Assembly: GCA_046563655.1 (NCBI GenBank)
Contig: CM102290.1
Span: forward strand, 7,564,001-7,628,000
Direction of reading: 5' to 3'
Origin: Yuukianura sp. NJ FZ-2021
Lineage: Eukaryota
DNA length: 64,000 bases
Shown here piece by piece: positions 52,401-64,000 of the stretch (position 1 is its first letter; the number at the start of each line of letters is the position of its first letter). The notes under the pieces are model-generated. The model had not been told where the DNA came from. It saw only the letters and a program-made list of their open reading frames with translations, and searched no databases. A program made the translations under genes and the position numbers.

Positions 52401-55400
52401 TAAAAAATGAGTCATCAATTCCAATCTTAACTCCTTCCCACTCACAAGGATGGATCATAATTCAAAAAATTACAATCAGATACATGTGATCTTTGAAGAT
52501 TCCACTTGTCGTAACATTTCACCAAAACAGTCGAAAAGACTTTTTACAGGTCTAACGCCACAAGGCTTCGACTCCATTCATTCTTCCTTGGAAGTTTGAA
52601 CAATTTGAATTAAAGTTGTAACCTCAAATGTTGTACCTCACTTGAATTGAGCAATTTTTTTTAAAATTATATTTAACTCCTTTTTTGATTTTTTTATACA
52701 CAAATACCTAATTTTGATTTTTGAAAAAAAATCAGTTTTCGAACGTAACAGTTGCACCTTGGATCGTTTGCTCTTTTTTTTTCCAATTACCGATTTGTTG
52801 TCACAATTTTCCCTAAGAAACAGATTACATTAAGATTCGTTTTTTTTGAAAGTGCACTGGAGAGGTTGTTTCTGTTGGCACCACGTTTCAAATACTTTTT
52901 TGGTTGAGATGTGATCATCATTAAGTCGTATTTCACACCAAATGTTTTGACAAACGATTATCCGCTTTCTGTTCTAAATCCATCCTTCCAGAACTGCGTC
53001 ATATCCATTTCCCTTAAACTTCCGCTTCAACTATCCATCTAAGGTTTCATCACGAAAAACTTATTATTATAGTTTCACTTTTCACTTTTCATGTTCATTT
53101 CCACCAACATTTCTTACCTAAAAACGTGCAAATTTCAACAACTTTTCAAACATGTCCAACATTCTCCAAGTAAAAAAATGCTAATTTTCAACGTATATGG
53201 CGCCTGAACGTTACGCCTGCAAAAGCAATTCCAAGTAACTATTGAAATGGTGAAATATTTTAATTTCATTTTTCAATTTCAATTGGCAATGTGGCACAAA
53301 ATTTGCGAACATTTAACTTGGAAGTGAATGCTTGCGCTGCAGGGATGTAATTGTGGGGTCGTTAGACACAAAGGTAGTACATGACGGTGACATTCCTTTT
53401 ACGACCGATTCGAATTGACATGTCCGTTGGTCATCTGTAAACGAATCGAACAGGGAACTTTGTAATGTTGGATTCGATGTGAAATGGGAAGTTGACTTTT
53501 GTAGTTTGGAATGGTGGTCACAGAGGTTTTTAGCTGAAATTTTTTTTATGAGAAACCTGCTCTATTCAAAATAATGAAGCTATTGTGTTCGTTGATTTGG
53601 AAAATCATCTTCGTTATTGAATTACTCTTGACATTGTCACTTTTTTGCCTACTTTCCATCTGCTTTCAAAATCCCCAAATTCTGAATGCCTTCTTGGCTT
53701 TCGGGTGACCTTTGGCTTCCTAAATATCCAAGTTATAAAATTCCTTACAACTTCTTCAAACTCATCGCAAAAAGTGAAGTTGTGTTAATCTAACAGTCAA
53801 ATTCGAACACCAGGAACAGCAAGTTATTCTTCTTAAATTTTTGCATGAAAGCTGCGGCAAAGGTCAATTTCCTACACTACACGAGTATCAGAGAAATTCT
53901 ACACATCGCATGCGTTTTTGACATATCATGGAAGCATTCTTAAAGAAAATTGGACAGTAGTTTTGTGCAGACGTCATTGTTGACCTTTGATTGTTTTGGA
54001 AGGGCGTGTGCTCTGGAGTCTATTAGCTTCCTTTGAAATCCAAGCCTTCGTTCCATTTCAGCATCTTGTCAGATTGACACAAAGTGGATTTGTTCTTTGT
54101 CGTCTTTTGACAACTGACAAAGTCGTTCCGTCTGCTCCACTTGACTTTGAATTTGCCTCCATAGACTTAATACACTATAGACTTTGTTCTTATTTGAATG
54201 CTCAAAGACTCCCTCCATTTCCTTGTTCTGCCAAAACTATTTATTTTGGCCCTGCCGCTTTGACTTTGGCTATGGACTTGGCTCCTGTCTCAACTTGAGA
54301 CTCTCAACCTATAAGCAAATAAATAAGTGGTTTAATTTGAACTTTGCAAAAAGGGAGCAGGAAGCACGTTCTGGAAACACAATTTGCTCCTCTCTTGACA
54401 TTTATGATACAAACACCTCTGGCGTTGTAAAGTGACACCTTGATGGACTTTTAAGTCCTTGTTTAACTGAAAAAGCTTAAGAGGCTGAAAAAAACTTCTT
54501 GGCTTCACACATTTTTGTTTGTAGTGCTTCTCCAAAAATGGTTACACTATTTAATGGTTACGACTTCGAAATTGTTAAATTCGAGTTGTGATTAGCCAAA
54601 AAATTCAGAAAAGTAGTGAAGCCACATTTGGTTCAGAATGGCACTAGAATTGTTGAAATTTAATTGTCGGCGTCTTTACTACATACAAAGTTCCCGACAA
54701 CTCGCTTGTATTAATTGGAAAGACAGGGACATGATTTCTGATCTTCTTGGACGAATTGGAGGTTTCAACAAAAAATATATCAAAAAAAACTTTTTGTTTT
54801 GAAAAAAGCTGTGTAAGGGTCCCTGGGCCCCTTTGTTATAAAAAGGAAGTTTCAATGAAAAGTGTGGTGGTTAAAAAATTTACGATTTGTCTTGTACGGT
54901 AAATGATTAGGCAGAACCATGGTTTTACGATCCAATTAACCTGGGCCTTCAAAGTCCTTTACAGTTCCTTTAAGGGCTCTCGCAGCCCACCCCCAGACTT
55001 TTTTATGTCCAATGTCCAACAATCAATGACTCTTCAGCCGCTTTGACTAGCCTAATCACTTTCTCCATCAGCAGTATTGTAGGACCCTTAGAAACAACAC
55101 TACTGGCAAAACTCCGGTGTTTCCATAGTCCTTTGGACTCTGAGACCTTTGACATGACACTGGAAATGACAGGAACAGGAGATAACACCCTTCACCCAAG
55201 AGTCCTCCACTGGTTAGTAGACTAGTGACTGACATGGGGGGACTTCAAGGGACTAAAAAAGTTGATGCGAAGGTTGACATATGAAAGGGACAGTTTTGAC
55301 GGTAACAAGGACCAAATTTGGTCACAGAAAGTCAAATGGAGACTATCATTCCGCTCAAGATTTTTGCCGCACGTGGATAAAGTACTATAGTTTGAATGAA

Positions 55401-58400
55401 TTTAATGTTTTGAATTTATAAGGCATAAGTTTAAATAATATTTTGAATGCTTTGATGTTATAAGGTCAACTGGCTGCAAAAGCTTATTGCCAAATGAGCA
55501 AGACAATAGGAAGTTTTTAGCTTAACAATTTTAGTTTTCTTCTTGTAGCTAAATTAATTCAAATTAAGCTACTATTGGATTTAAGTTATGATTTATAGTT
55601 TTTCAGTTAATTAATTGGAACGTTAGGATTGGGAATGAAGCCATTATGTAACAACTGCGTAGATTGAAGCATTTGTTGGCGCCAAATTCAAACTGTTAAG
55701 TATGGCCTCCATGATGAATTTCTGGAGGGATCCCTTAAGGTTGACCAGTATCCTCTGAAGTATAAATAACTGCGGGATAAACTGCTCGTACTGCCTGTCA
55801 ATTGTTGTAACAAAGTGTTGACACTAATAACAGTTTGGAAAACAACAGCAAAAGGGAGTTGGCAGTTGGCACACCAGCAACTATACAGCTACCACAAGCT
55901 TCAACCCATTTTTCAAATTCAGTTTTTCGAAAAACGTGGCTTTAGTTGTTCAAAGTTGTGCAGCATCTTTGACCTAGAAAGTAGGATGCTGGATGCTTGG
56001 GGAATTTATAAGAGAGTGTAAGGACCGCCTCTTGTGACATGCCACAGAGGATGACATGTCACGTCAAGCGTCAAGGAAGAGGTCCAGCCCAGATTAGAAT
56101 CACACGCGGTAAGGCTCAAAACAAGGTGTGAGCCATTGGCCATAAACGCAAGGGCACTCACCATCATCTTCGTAGGAGACCTCAAGGGCCCCCATCGTTG
56201 AAGCCACTCAATGATTTTTCTCCAAGTCTTTTCAACGAAAACAAAACTCAAATCAAAATTTTACTTTTTTAGAACTCCGTTGAAAAAAATGGATCCTGTT
56301 TCAGATTATGAATTCCAAAGCATTAGGTCCATGATGTTTGAGAATTCAATGGCGTTATTTGCTTTGAGGGTACAAAATGCCTGGATTTTGAAACACTTTA
56401 ATTAAAATTGAAGGGAGAGAGGACTTAATTAGGCGAGAAGTGAAGGTCAATATAATTTTTGAATCCCTTGGAGTGAGACGAGGAGACTTTTTGGATTTCA
56501 GAATTTGAAGCCCTTCCCAAGTCCCTTCGTTGTCCAAATGGAGACTTGAGAAATACTGCCAGAATATCAACGTTTGTACCGAAGGCTATTTATTTTGATG
56601 TGGGTGGACAGATGAGGTCGCCACCACTTTAAATGGTGTACAGTACCCACTAACAACCACGTACACATACAACCTAAACTTTTCTAATTCTTTGCTCATT
56701 TGATTTGAAACTGGAACACACAAGAATTTGAACCCAGTCTAATCGTTTTGTATTTTGGCTTAATTTTATTTATTTTAATTTACAAAGATTAGCCCAGATT
56801 TAAACCAAGATCAAAATTTCTGGAAGGTTCTACAATGCAAAAGCTTGTTAAGTGTTTTAAACGCTCTGGGTTTGCTTGGGATTTTATTTGCGCTTTAGTT
56901 CGCAAAAGTTTCAGTACTTTACATTATTTTCATCTTTTTAACTAAAATGCTTTGGACGTGCCAATTAGGGTAAAGTCTTTTTATGGAAGAGGACATGATG
57001 CACCTCCGGGGTAATGGACAAGCAAATTGGCGACGTCTGTTAATAAAATCTGCAAAATCTTTTAGTTTCATCTTCCTTTACGGCAGGGATTTCCTGCTAC
57101 ACAAGATACTGAAGAGCATTTAAGATGCACATCTTCCGAGTCCCTCAAGATAAAAGGTTTTGGAATTGTTCAAAAGTTCAGAATTTGTAACTTTGTGACA
57201 AGCCGCTTTTGTTTCCGAAGAACTTTTGAGATTTTTTTTTGTCGTACTAGTGGTTGTAAATAATTCCATGATGCGTGTGGGTGTAAAGGTTGCTGAGACA
57301 AATCCATTTTGAATTCATTCCAAGATCACTTCAACTAAACTTGTGTAGTCTAAAAGAAACAGTTTATGTTAACCAATTTATCCAAAGTGTCACATTGGAT
57401 TTATTTTTCCAGGCACATTACAATCAACATTTAGAAATGATCATTTAGAAACTTTTGAAAACGAGAAACTGTTTACAATTTTTTCAAACAAATGCTGGAT
57501 TTCTTTTATTAGAAAAATGAAAGTTATCTGTTCGTTAGAAACTGCCAAAAAGATTTTGACAAATGGAAGGCGTTTTGGGGGCATTTTGTCTTGTTTTTTT
57601 TTAGAGTTTGTCACATGTAGCATCTGCTTGATAATAGTTTTGTGCTTGTTCAAACAGTAATTTTTTTTGTAACTTTTCTTTTCAACTGAAGCCAAAAAGT
57701 TAATAAATGATTTTCCGAAAGTCTCATTAGGGACCCAAACACTTTTGAACAAAAAAGTAAAAGGCGAAGCGTCCCAAGGGAAACTCAGCTTTTTTGGACA
57801 AAAATGAATCCCTGTCTGACTGTTTTTGTGAAACTTTTTTTGTAATTTGTCTTAAGAGCGTGTCCGAACCTTCGAAGCTTAAATCAGTGTCGCTTGATCC
57901 TGCTGCATCTGGACAGATCAATCAACTGTCACTGTTTGCACTTCACGCTCTTCTTGGCTTAAGTGTCTTTGGAGTGGGCCCTTGACAGAAGGACTTTTAA
58001 TTTGGGAAAATTGGATTTGGAAATTGGGATTTATTTTGGAAGTGGATCTAATCCAACAAAAGTTAAATTCCATTCACCAACACAAGCACAGGCGACACTT
58101 CTGCGCATTTTGAATATTTTTTTCTCCAATTCCAAAATGGGGAATGAAACGGCGATTAAATTTATGGATGGGACCTGAAGAGGTTGAAAAGTTTCACTAA
58201 GGGTTAAGGGCCCACTCCAAAATTATAGCCCTTCTAAGGGCTCATGTTTAAAAAAATCCAACGGAAAAATTTGGGATTTTTTAATAAGCTTGTTTCATAA
58301 GTTGAAACTTTCTTATGGTTTAAATTAAATTATCGCAAATTTCTGATCTACCTCTTCAAAGTTTTACTTTCATTAATATCTTAAATTGTGCTGTTTTAAT

Positions 58401-61400
58401 ATTAAATAATATGTTATAACCGAAGACAAAAAATTTGGCTGCTTCAAAAGGTCAAAGAGGTTAATGGTTCCAGTTGGAGACTTTCTGCTGAAGTGAATGA
58501 TGATGATGATGCTGAAGGGATGCTGGGGGAAGGTGATCTTTGGTATTTGAATGACTTTTACGGTATTTCATTGTTGGTTGCATGGAGTTGTTGGAGATCA
58601 ATTGTTAGAGTTAAAGAATAGTCTCCGTTACGATTATGATTATGGATTTGAATTGTACTATTTGTTTACAATATTTGAAATGCTATTCCCCCGGTATATG
58701 GGGGATTCGTGAACCCTGACCTTTCTCCTCTTGCGTAATTCCAAGCAGGGTGGAATTGACAATGGGAGGATCAAAAGCACAGCAGGGTGGCACTCCGGTG
58801 GGAACTGACCTCAGAACCACCAAATCATCATCGTTGCGTCCCATTTACTTCAACGGAACAATTCCGAAACGACATCCACTCCACTTTCAATGTTCATAAT
58901 GTCCATAGTCAATTCAAAGCGGAATAATTTAGTTCCAAGTCCTAAATTTAGGATAAAATATGGTGATTTAAATTGTTATAAATTACTATTACGATACAAA
59001 ACATGTCATTTTGTTCAAACAGTTTCTCGAGCGGAGTATTTCACCATCATATCTGTATAATCGTGCTGTTCCAGATGCAACCTGAACAAGTTTTTGAAAC
59101 TAAATTTTTCAAAGCCCAAGCTATTATGCTTTAGGTCAAATTCGTTTTCTAGCTGTTCCGTCTCTCAAATTAGTTGTTTCTTGAGTTTTTAAAAATACAT
59201 TTCCGTTAAAATTATTTCTTTCATGCAATTTTATTTTGTCTTCAATTGGGCACAAATTAACTCCGACTTGGAATGTGTTCAACGGACACTCCATAATGCT
59301 TCGGAGGAACACAATGTGTAGTTTACCACCAACAATTTCGTAATCCGCTTCAAATCTTACTACTACTGGTGGTGTACCTCACAGTGGTGACCTCCCACAG
59401 TAGTCAAATATATGCTGGGTCATCGTCGCTTTGACTCTGAAATTTTAGAAATTGAAAAACGATTTTTAATTTTTTTTCTTCTTTCAGGCTTGTTAGACGA
59501 AAGCACAATTTCTGAAAATGAAATTGCTGTATTTCCATCAACAACATTGAGGACAAACAAAGGCCGCCGACCTTCTCACTATAATCCCAAAATCCAAAAT
59601 TTCGAAATTTTGAAACCATTTATCCCGGATAGCTCATCATCAAAAGAGTCAAACTCGATTGGAAAACGGAAAAATTTTCGACTCATGAATTTTCTGAAAC
59701 AGTTTCAACTGGACTTTGCAAAATTCGATACAAGTTGCGTAAAGCGAGGAGGGCGCGGTGTTCCAGCTCCAGTCGTAGCCAATGGGTATATTGCCAAGTA
59801 CACCAGGTAAAGGTCAAAGGTCAAAGATAACCTTTTTTCTTATGGAAAGCTCAACTAAAAAAATTTTCTTTTGTGTTTTTCGTAGAAAACGAAATCCGAA
59901 TGTGCCGCGGAATCGCTATGGACTGACAATGTACAAATGTGATTCAGGATTTGAATTTCCACCAACTTCAGCAGATCGGATGTTCTGTTCAAAAAATAAA
60001 TGGGTTGGCCCAAGACCTGTTTGTCTTCCCAAAGGTTTCAGTCTTCTTTTTTTCGTTTTTCGAAAATCTGTTATCCCCTTTATACACTTCTTTTCCAAAA
60101 ACAGAATTAGTAGAATAAGATTAAGACGAGTGTTAAAGTCTAGCAACGCCTATAAAGATGCTCCAACAGAAGGTTACGTCTGAAGACACTTTTATTTATG
60201 GGATGATTATTATTCCTTGGTCAAAGTCATGTTATCCCACTACCAATAATAAGAGCACGAGTCTTCTTTTAGTACAGAATAGACTTACTTTTTGGCTAGG
60301 TTAGGCCAGACTAAGACGCCACTTAACACTTTTTATGCCTTCCTGCCATCACAATTGTCCTCACCGCTTGATTAATCAGGTGAAAATTACTGGGTTTCAA
60401 AGCATAAAAAAACCTTGATTGAGAATCTTGCAAGCGAGTTTTAAATTGGACAAAACTTTAGCCGGAACCCGCATATTTTCGTAAAACTGGCTGTTGGCTA
60501 CTTTTTTTTAATTCTAGGATTTCAAACTGTGACTACATTTTCGAAAAAAGCTACTTTTTAAAAGTCCCACTTGAATTTAAGCACGCTATAAAATGTTTTC
60601 TAATTTAGGCACTTTGGAAAATTCGGAATCGGATTGTACCAAATGCAACCAGATTTGTAACAGAGATGAACATGAACCGTCAACAACTATTTGTGCATGC
60701 TACGCTGGATATGAAATGGCCAACGGCTCCTGCGCAGACGTCGATGAGTGTGCAAACAACAACGGCGGTTGTTCTGGAATCTGTTTCAACAAACCCGGGT
60801 CTTTTCAATGTTTTTGTCCACCAGGATTCCAAGTTGCCCCGGACGGAAAGAAATGTATTGACAAAAATGAATGTCTTCTGCGCAATGGACATGGACCGTG
60901 TCAAGACCGTTGTAGTAATACTATTGGACATTACACATGTAGCTGTGAACTCATTCCAGGAACAAGGTTGGCAGCGGACAAGGTGAGCCAGGAACCGAAT
61001 ATGCCACTAAAATATTTAAACCTTTTCAATTGGAAATGCTTTTTGTTTTTTTCCCATTTTAGCATTCATGTGAAGACATCAACGAATGTGAGGAGAACAA
61101 TTTTGGCTGCAGTCATAGTTGCTTGAATACTTTTGGCAATGCATTTTGTTCATGTCCAACTGGATTCACTCTGTCGACACTGGACTACAAAACATGCATC
61201 TCAGACACTGAAAATGAATCAGAATCTGATAAAGTTGTTATGGACTTCAGTCCAGAAAATTTAGTTGAACCTGCAGAAGAAACCGTGACGGCGCCACCTA
61301 CAAACGACATTTTGAGTATCCCAGAAATTCAAAGTAGTCGGCAGTCCGAATGTCCGCCGGGATCCGAACCCGATTCGGACAATCCTCAGATTTGTGTTGA

Positions 61401-64000
61401 ACATGAGGATTGCAGCATCGGAAATGGAGGATGTGACCACATTTGTGTCCCGTCGGGATCTTTCAGATTCTGCTCATGTCGCCCCGGTCACGAACTTCTG
61501 AACGAAACGGCTTGTGTCGATGTCAACGAATGTCTCCAGGAAAATGGAGGTTGCGACCATCAATGTGTGAATACTGACGGGAGCTTCTACTGTGACTGCA
61601 AAAGTGGTCACATGCTTCTGGAAGACAAACGAACATGCAAAGGTCATCTTTTGAGATACACTTTTATTTTGTAACAAACAACTTGTGTAGTGTTCGCTTC
61701 CAAAGTTTTATGATATTATGCATTTTAAAAACTTTAAATCTCATTCTGAGTTTGTCTTTTTATACTCTCACTTCAGTCTTGCACTTTTGTTCTAAATTTA
61801 ATTTCACAACTTTTCTTTGGAATAAAAATTTCCAACTGTCATCTCTTGATTTCGTTTCTACTTTCTCTTCAATCGTCTTCCGGTGCCATGTTTTCCTCGA
61901 ATCAGCTTGTTTACACATTGTTCATGTAAAATTGTTCGTTTTGTAGTCGAATACTGTCAAGAACCGCCAAAAACCTCAAGACTAGCGGAATGGGACTGTG
62001 AAATTTCCGTTGGAAGTGACGCTCAACCGATAAGTGGTGACCTACGACCCATCGGTACGCGCTGTAAACTTCAATGCCAGGCGGGAACAGTGCTACAAAC
62101 TAAAGTTCTTCCTGTTCCGTCTTACGTCAACATTTACCATCCCTTCCACTATGAAATTGTAAGTGACGAGCCTCAACCAATCATAGAGAAGGAAGATCCT
62201 CTGGTCATCAAGTGCTTGGCAACTGGAGTGTGGTCTCAGAATAACGGTGACCTTGAACTCGTCACTTGCATGTCACCCAACTGCCCACGGCTTACAGAAC
62301 CGGAACACGGCTCACTCTTTCCAGAGAGTTGCCTGGAAGAGGAAGGAGTCCAAGTGGGGGCACAGTGTTTCGTTTCGTGTTCACCGGGGTGAGTCTTGTA
62401 ATATTATTTATTATTATATTTATATTTTCTATATATTTTTGCATATATTAATTATTATATTAGGTATTACCCAAAGAATGGCAGACTCCGAACTTGCTCG
62501 AAAAGTCTGACGTGGTTTCCGGAAGAGCGACCAGTTTGTTTAAAACTTCCGCCAACTCCACGACCTCAAATCCATTGCCCTTCGGACTTAGTCGTGGATT
62601 TGAAGGCAGGCCAATCCTCTGCGCATGTCATCATTCCGCAACCGCAGGCTAACATGGACTGGTACAGGTACGCCAGCGGTATTTATAATTACCCCAGATA
62701 TGTTTCTGCTATTTTGAAAAACCCGCCAAAATCTTTCTTCCTGTTGAATTCAGATATGTCCAAGCAGACCCACCTTGGGCCAAATCCCTGGAGTGGGACG
62801 TCCCCGCCGGTATTACGGTAGTCGTCTTCACCGCACGCAGTCCAATATCAAACGATAGTGCGACGTGTCATTTTAGAATCCATATTGTCGGTAAATATCA
62901 ACTATACATTAGAAACTTTACCAGCATGCTGCGTGTGGGCTTCGCCTAGAGGCCCAGACCTGTTCAATCCCCCTAATTTTATTTTTCATTAGGATTTTTG
63001 AAAATTCAAACACATCCAAAAATGGCATTTTAGATTTCAATTCAATTTTAACTCATCTTCCTTTCAATCCCCCTAATTTTATTTTTCATTAGGATTTTTG
63101 AAAATTCAAACAGATCCAAAAATGGCATTTTAGATTTCAATTCAATTTTAACTCATCTTCCTTTCAATCCCCCTAATTTTATTTTTCATTAGGATTTTTG
63201 AAAATTCAAGCACATCCAAAAATGGCATTTTAGATTTCAATTCAATTTTAACTCATCTTCCTGGTATTAACTATCAATTGTGTCTACAATTTATCCTTCA
63301 TAAATGTTCCTCGTGCTGTCATTTCAATCTGAAATTTGAAGCCTTCACAACATGCAAAGAGGGGACCCTTCCCACCAAAAAGATTTTTTTTTGTTGAAAG
63401 CGATCGGGCTTATCGTTCTACGTGAAAGGAAGAATTTTTTTTTTTTTTGCAAAAACTTGTCAAAAAAATAGTTTTTTTTCCCTGGATCCGAAAAATTTTT
63501 TAGTCCAGTTTGAGATTTTCATAAAAAATTTCGCTAAAACAAGGTTTTACAGTTTAAAAATAAGCTGTAAGTGGGTTTGGGATAGAAGTGAAAAAACTTT
63601 TTCGCAAAGTTCAGAAATGACAAAGTCCAAAAACATGCAAAGGGGGGACCATTCCCACCAAAAAGATTTTTTTTTGCGGAAAATGATGGGAAATAGTTTC
63701 AAAAACCCATCAGCATTATGACAGACAATTTTATTAATGACAGCGTTCAGTTAACTTTATAACTTTTAGACCGAGAAGCTCCACGAGTCCAGGGTTGTCC
63801 CACCTCATTTGACCTTCGACTTGACCCAAGTGAAACTTCCAAGGAAGTTTGGTGGTCTGACCCCAAGTTCACAGACAATGTCCAACTGCACTACGTTCAA
63901 CAGAGTCATACTCCAGGTCATCTGCTTGCTAAAGGAACACATCATATTACGTACGTGGCTGGAGATGCTGAAGGGAACAAGGCACGATGTGCATTCACAA
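49446..64000 (+). CDS. Secreted Sushi/CCP + calcium-binding EGF + HYR domain extracellular protein (3' incomplete)
   Basis: Signal-peptide exon 49446-49560 (phase 1), a 9.9-kb intron, then exons 59488-59806, 59886-60034, 60609-60982, 61063-61642, 61947-62388, 62464-62667, 62754-62890, 63770->64000. CCP module ([20 protein letters not shown]), several cbEGF repeats (DVDEC, DKNEC, DINEC, DVNEC), two further CCP-like modules, and HYR repeats (IHCPSD..; [33 protein letters not shown]). Joining the first exon is an inference. Confidence 0.88.
62909..63740 (-). mobile_element. Putative non-autonomous Helitron-like element filling an intron
   Basis: On the minus strand it ends ...GTTTCTAA|T (CTRR followed by T) with a GC-rich subterminal hairpin (TGGGC..GCCCA, ~62935-62956). 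It contains the 100-bp tandem array and a ~40-bp direct repeat (ACATGCAAAG.GGGGACC.TTCCCACCAAAAAGATTTTTTTTT at ~63350 and ~63633). The 5' boundary is uncertain. Confidence 0.5.
62963..63262. repeat. Tandem repeat, 3 x 100 bp
   Basis: The unit TTCAATCCCCCTAATTTT...AACTCATCTTCCT starts at 62963, 63063 and 63163; copies differ at only one or two positions. Confidence 0.97.

Noticed and set aside
49561..59487. Short ORFs within the 9.9-kb intron of the EGF/HYR gene
   Set aside because: No domain similarity or coherent splice structure; consistent with chance ORFs.
62963..63262. Regular repeats as a possible CRISPR array
   Set aside because: Head-to-tail units with no unique spacers, inside a eukaryotic intron, and no cas genes.

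Overview
Eukaryotic, AT-rich, gene-dense DNA with many short (about 55-90 nt) GT-AG introns. The proteins look arthropod-like; a compact hexapod genome is plausible, but I cannot identify the species. Nine protein-coding genes were built by hand from splice sites and codon phase: an Ikaros/Hunchback-type zinc-finger factor (+), calpain SOL/CAPN15 (-), a short Gab/Dos adaptor apparently lacking an intact PH domain (+), NAA15/Nat1 (+) whose 11.3-kb intron hosts an antisense secreted Pro/Gln-rich gene (-), a CD36/SR-B receptor (-), GOLT1/Got1 (+), VPS26 (-), and a secreted Sushi-EGF-HYR protein (+) that runs off the window end. No prokaryotic-type system (CRISPR, operon, prophage) is visible. The most notable observations are a roughly 400-nt multibranched RNA fold downstream of the NAA15 stop whose G-U pairs work only on the + strand, the PH-less mini-Gab with decayed PH relics upstream, a truncated NAA15 C-terminus plus a candidate microexon, an acidic Cys-bounded insertion and alternative first exons in the CD36 gene, and a Helitron-like intronic element carrying a 3x100-bp tandem repeat. 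All structures and family assignments come from reading by eye and recalled family motifs; no folding or database search was run.
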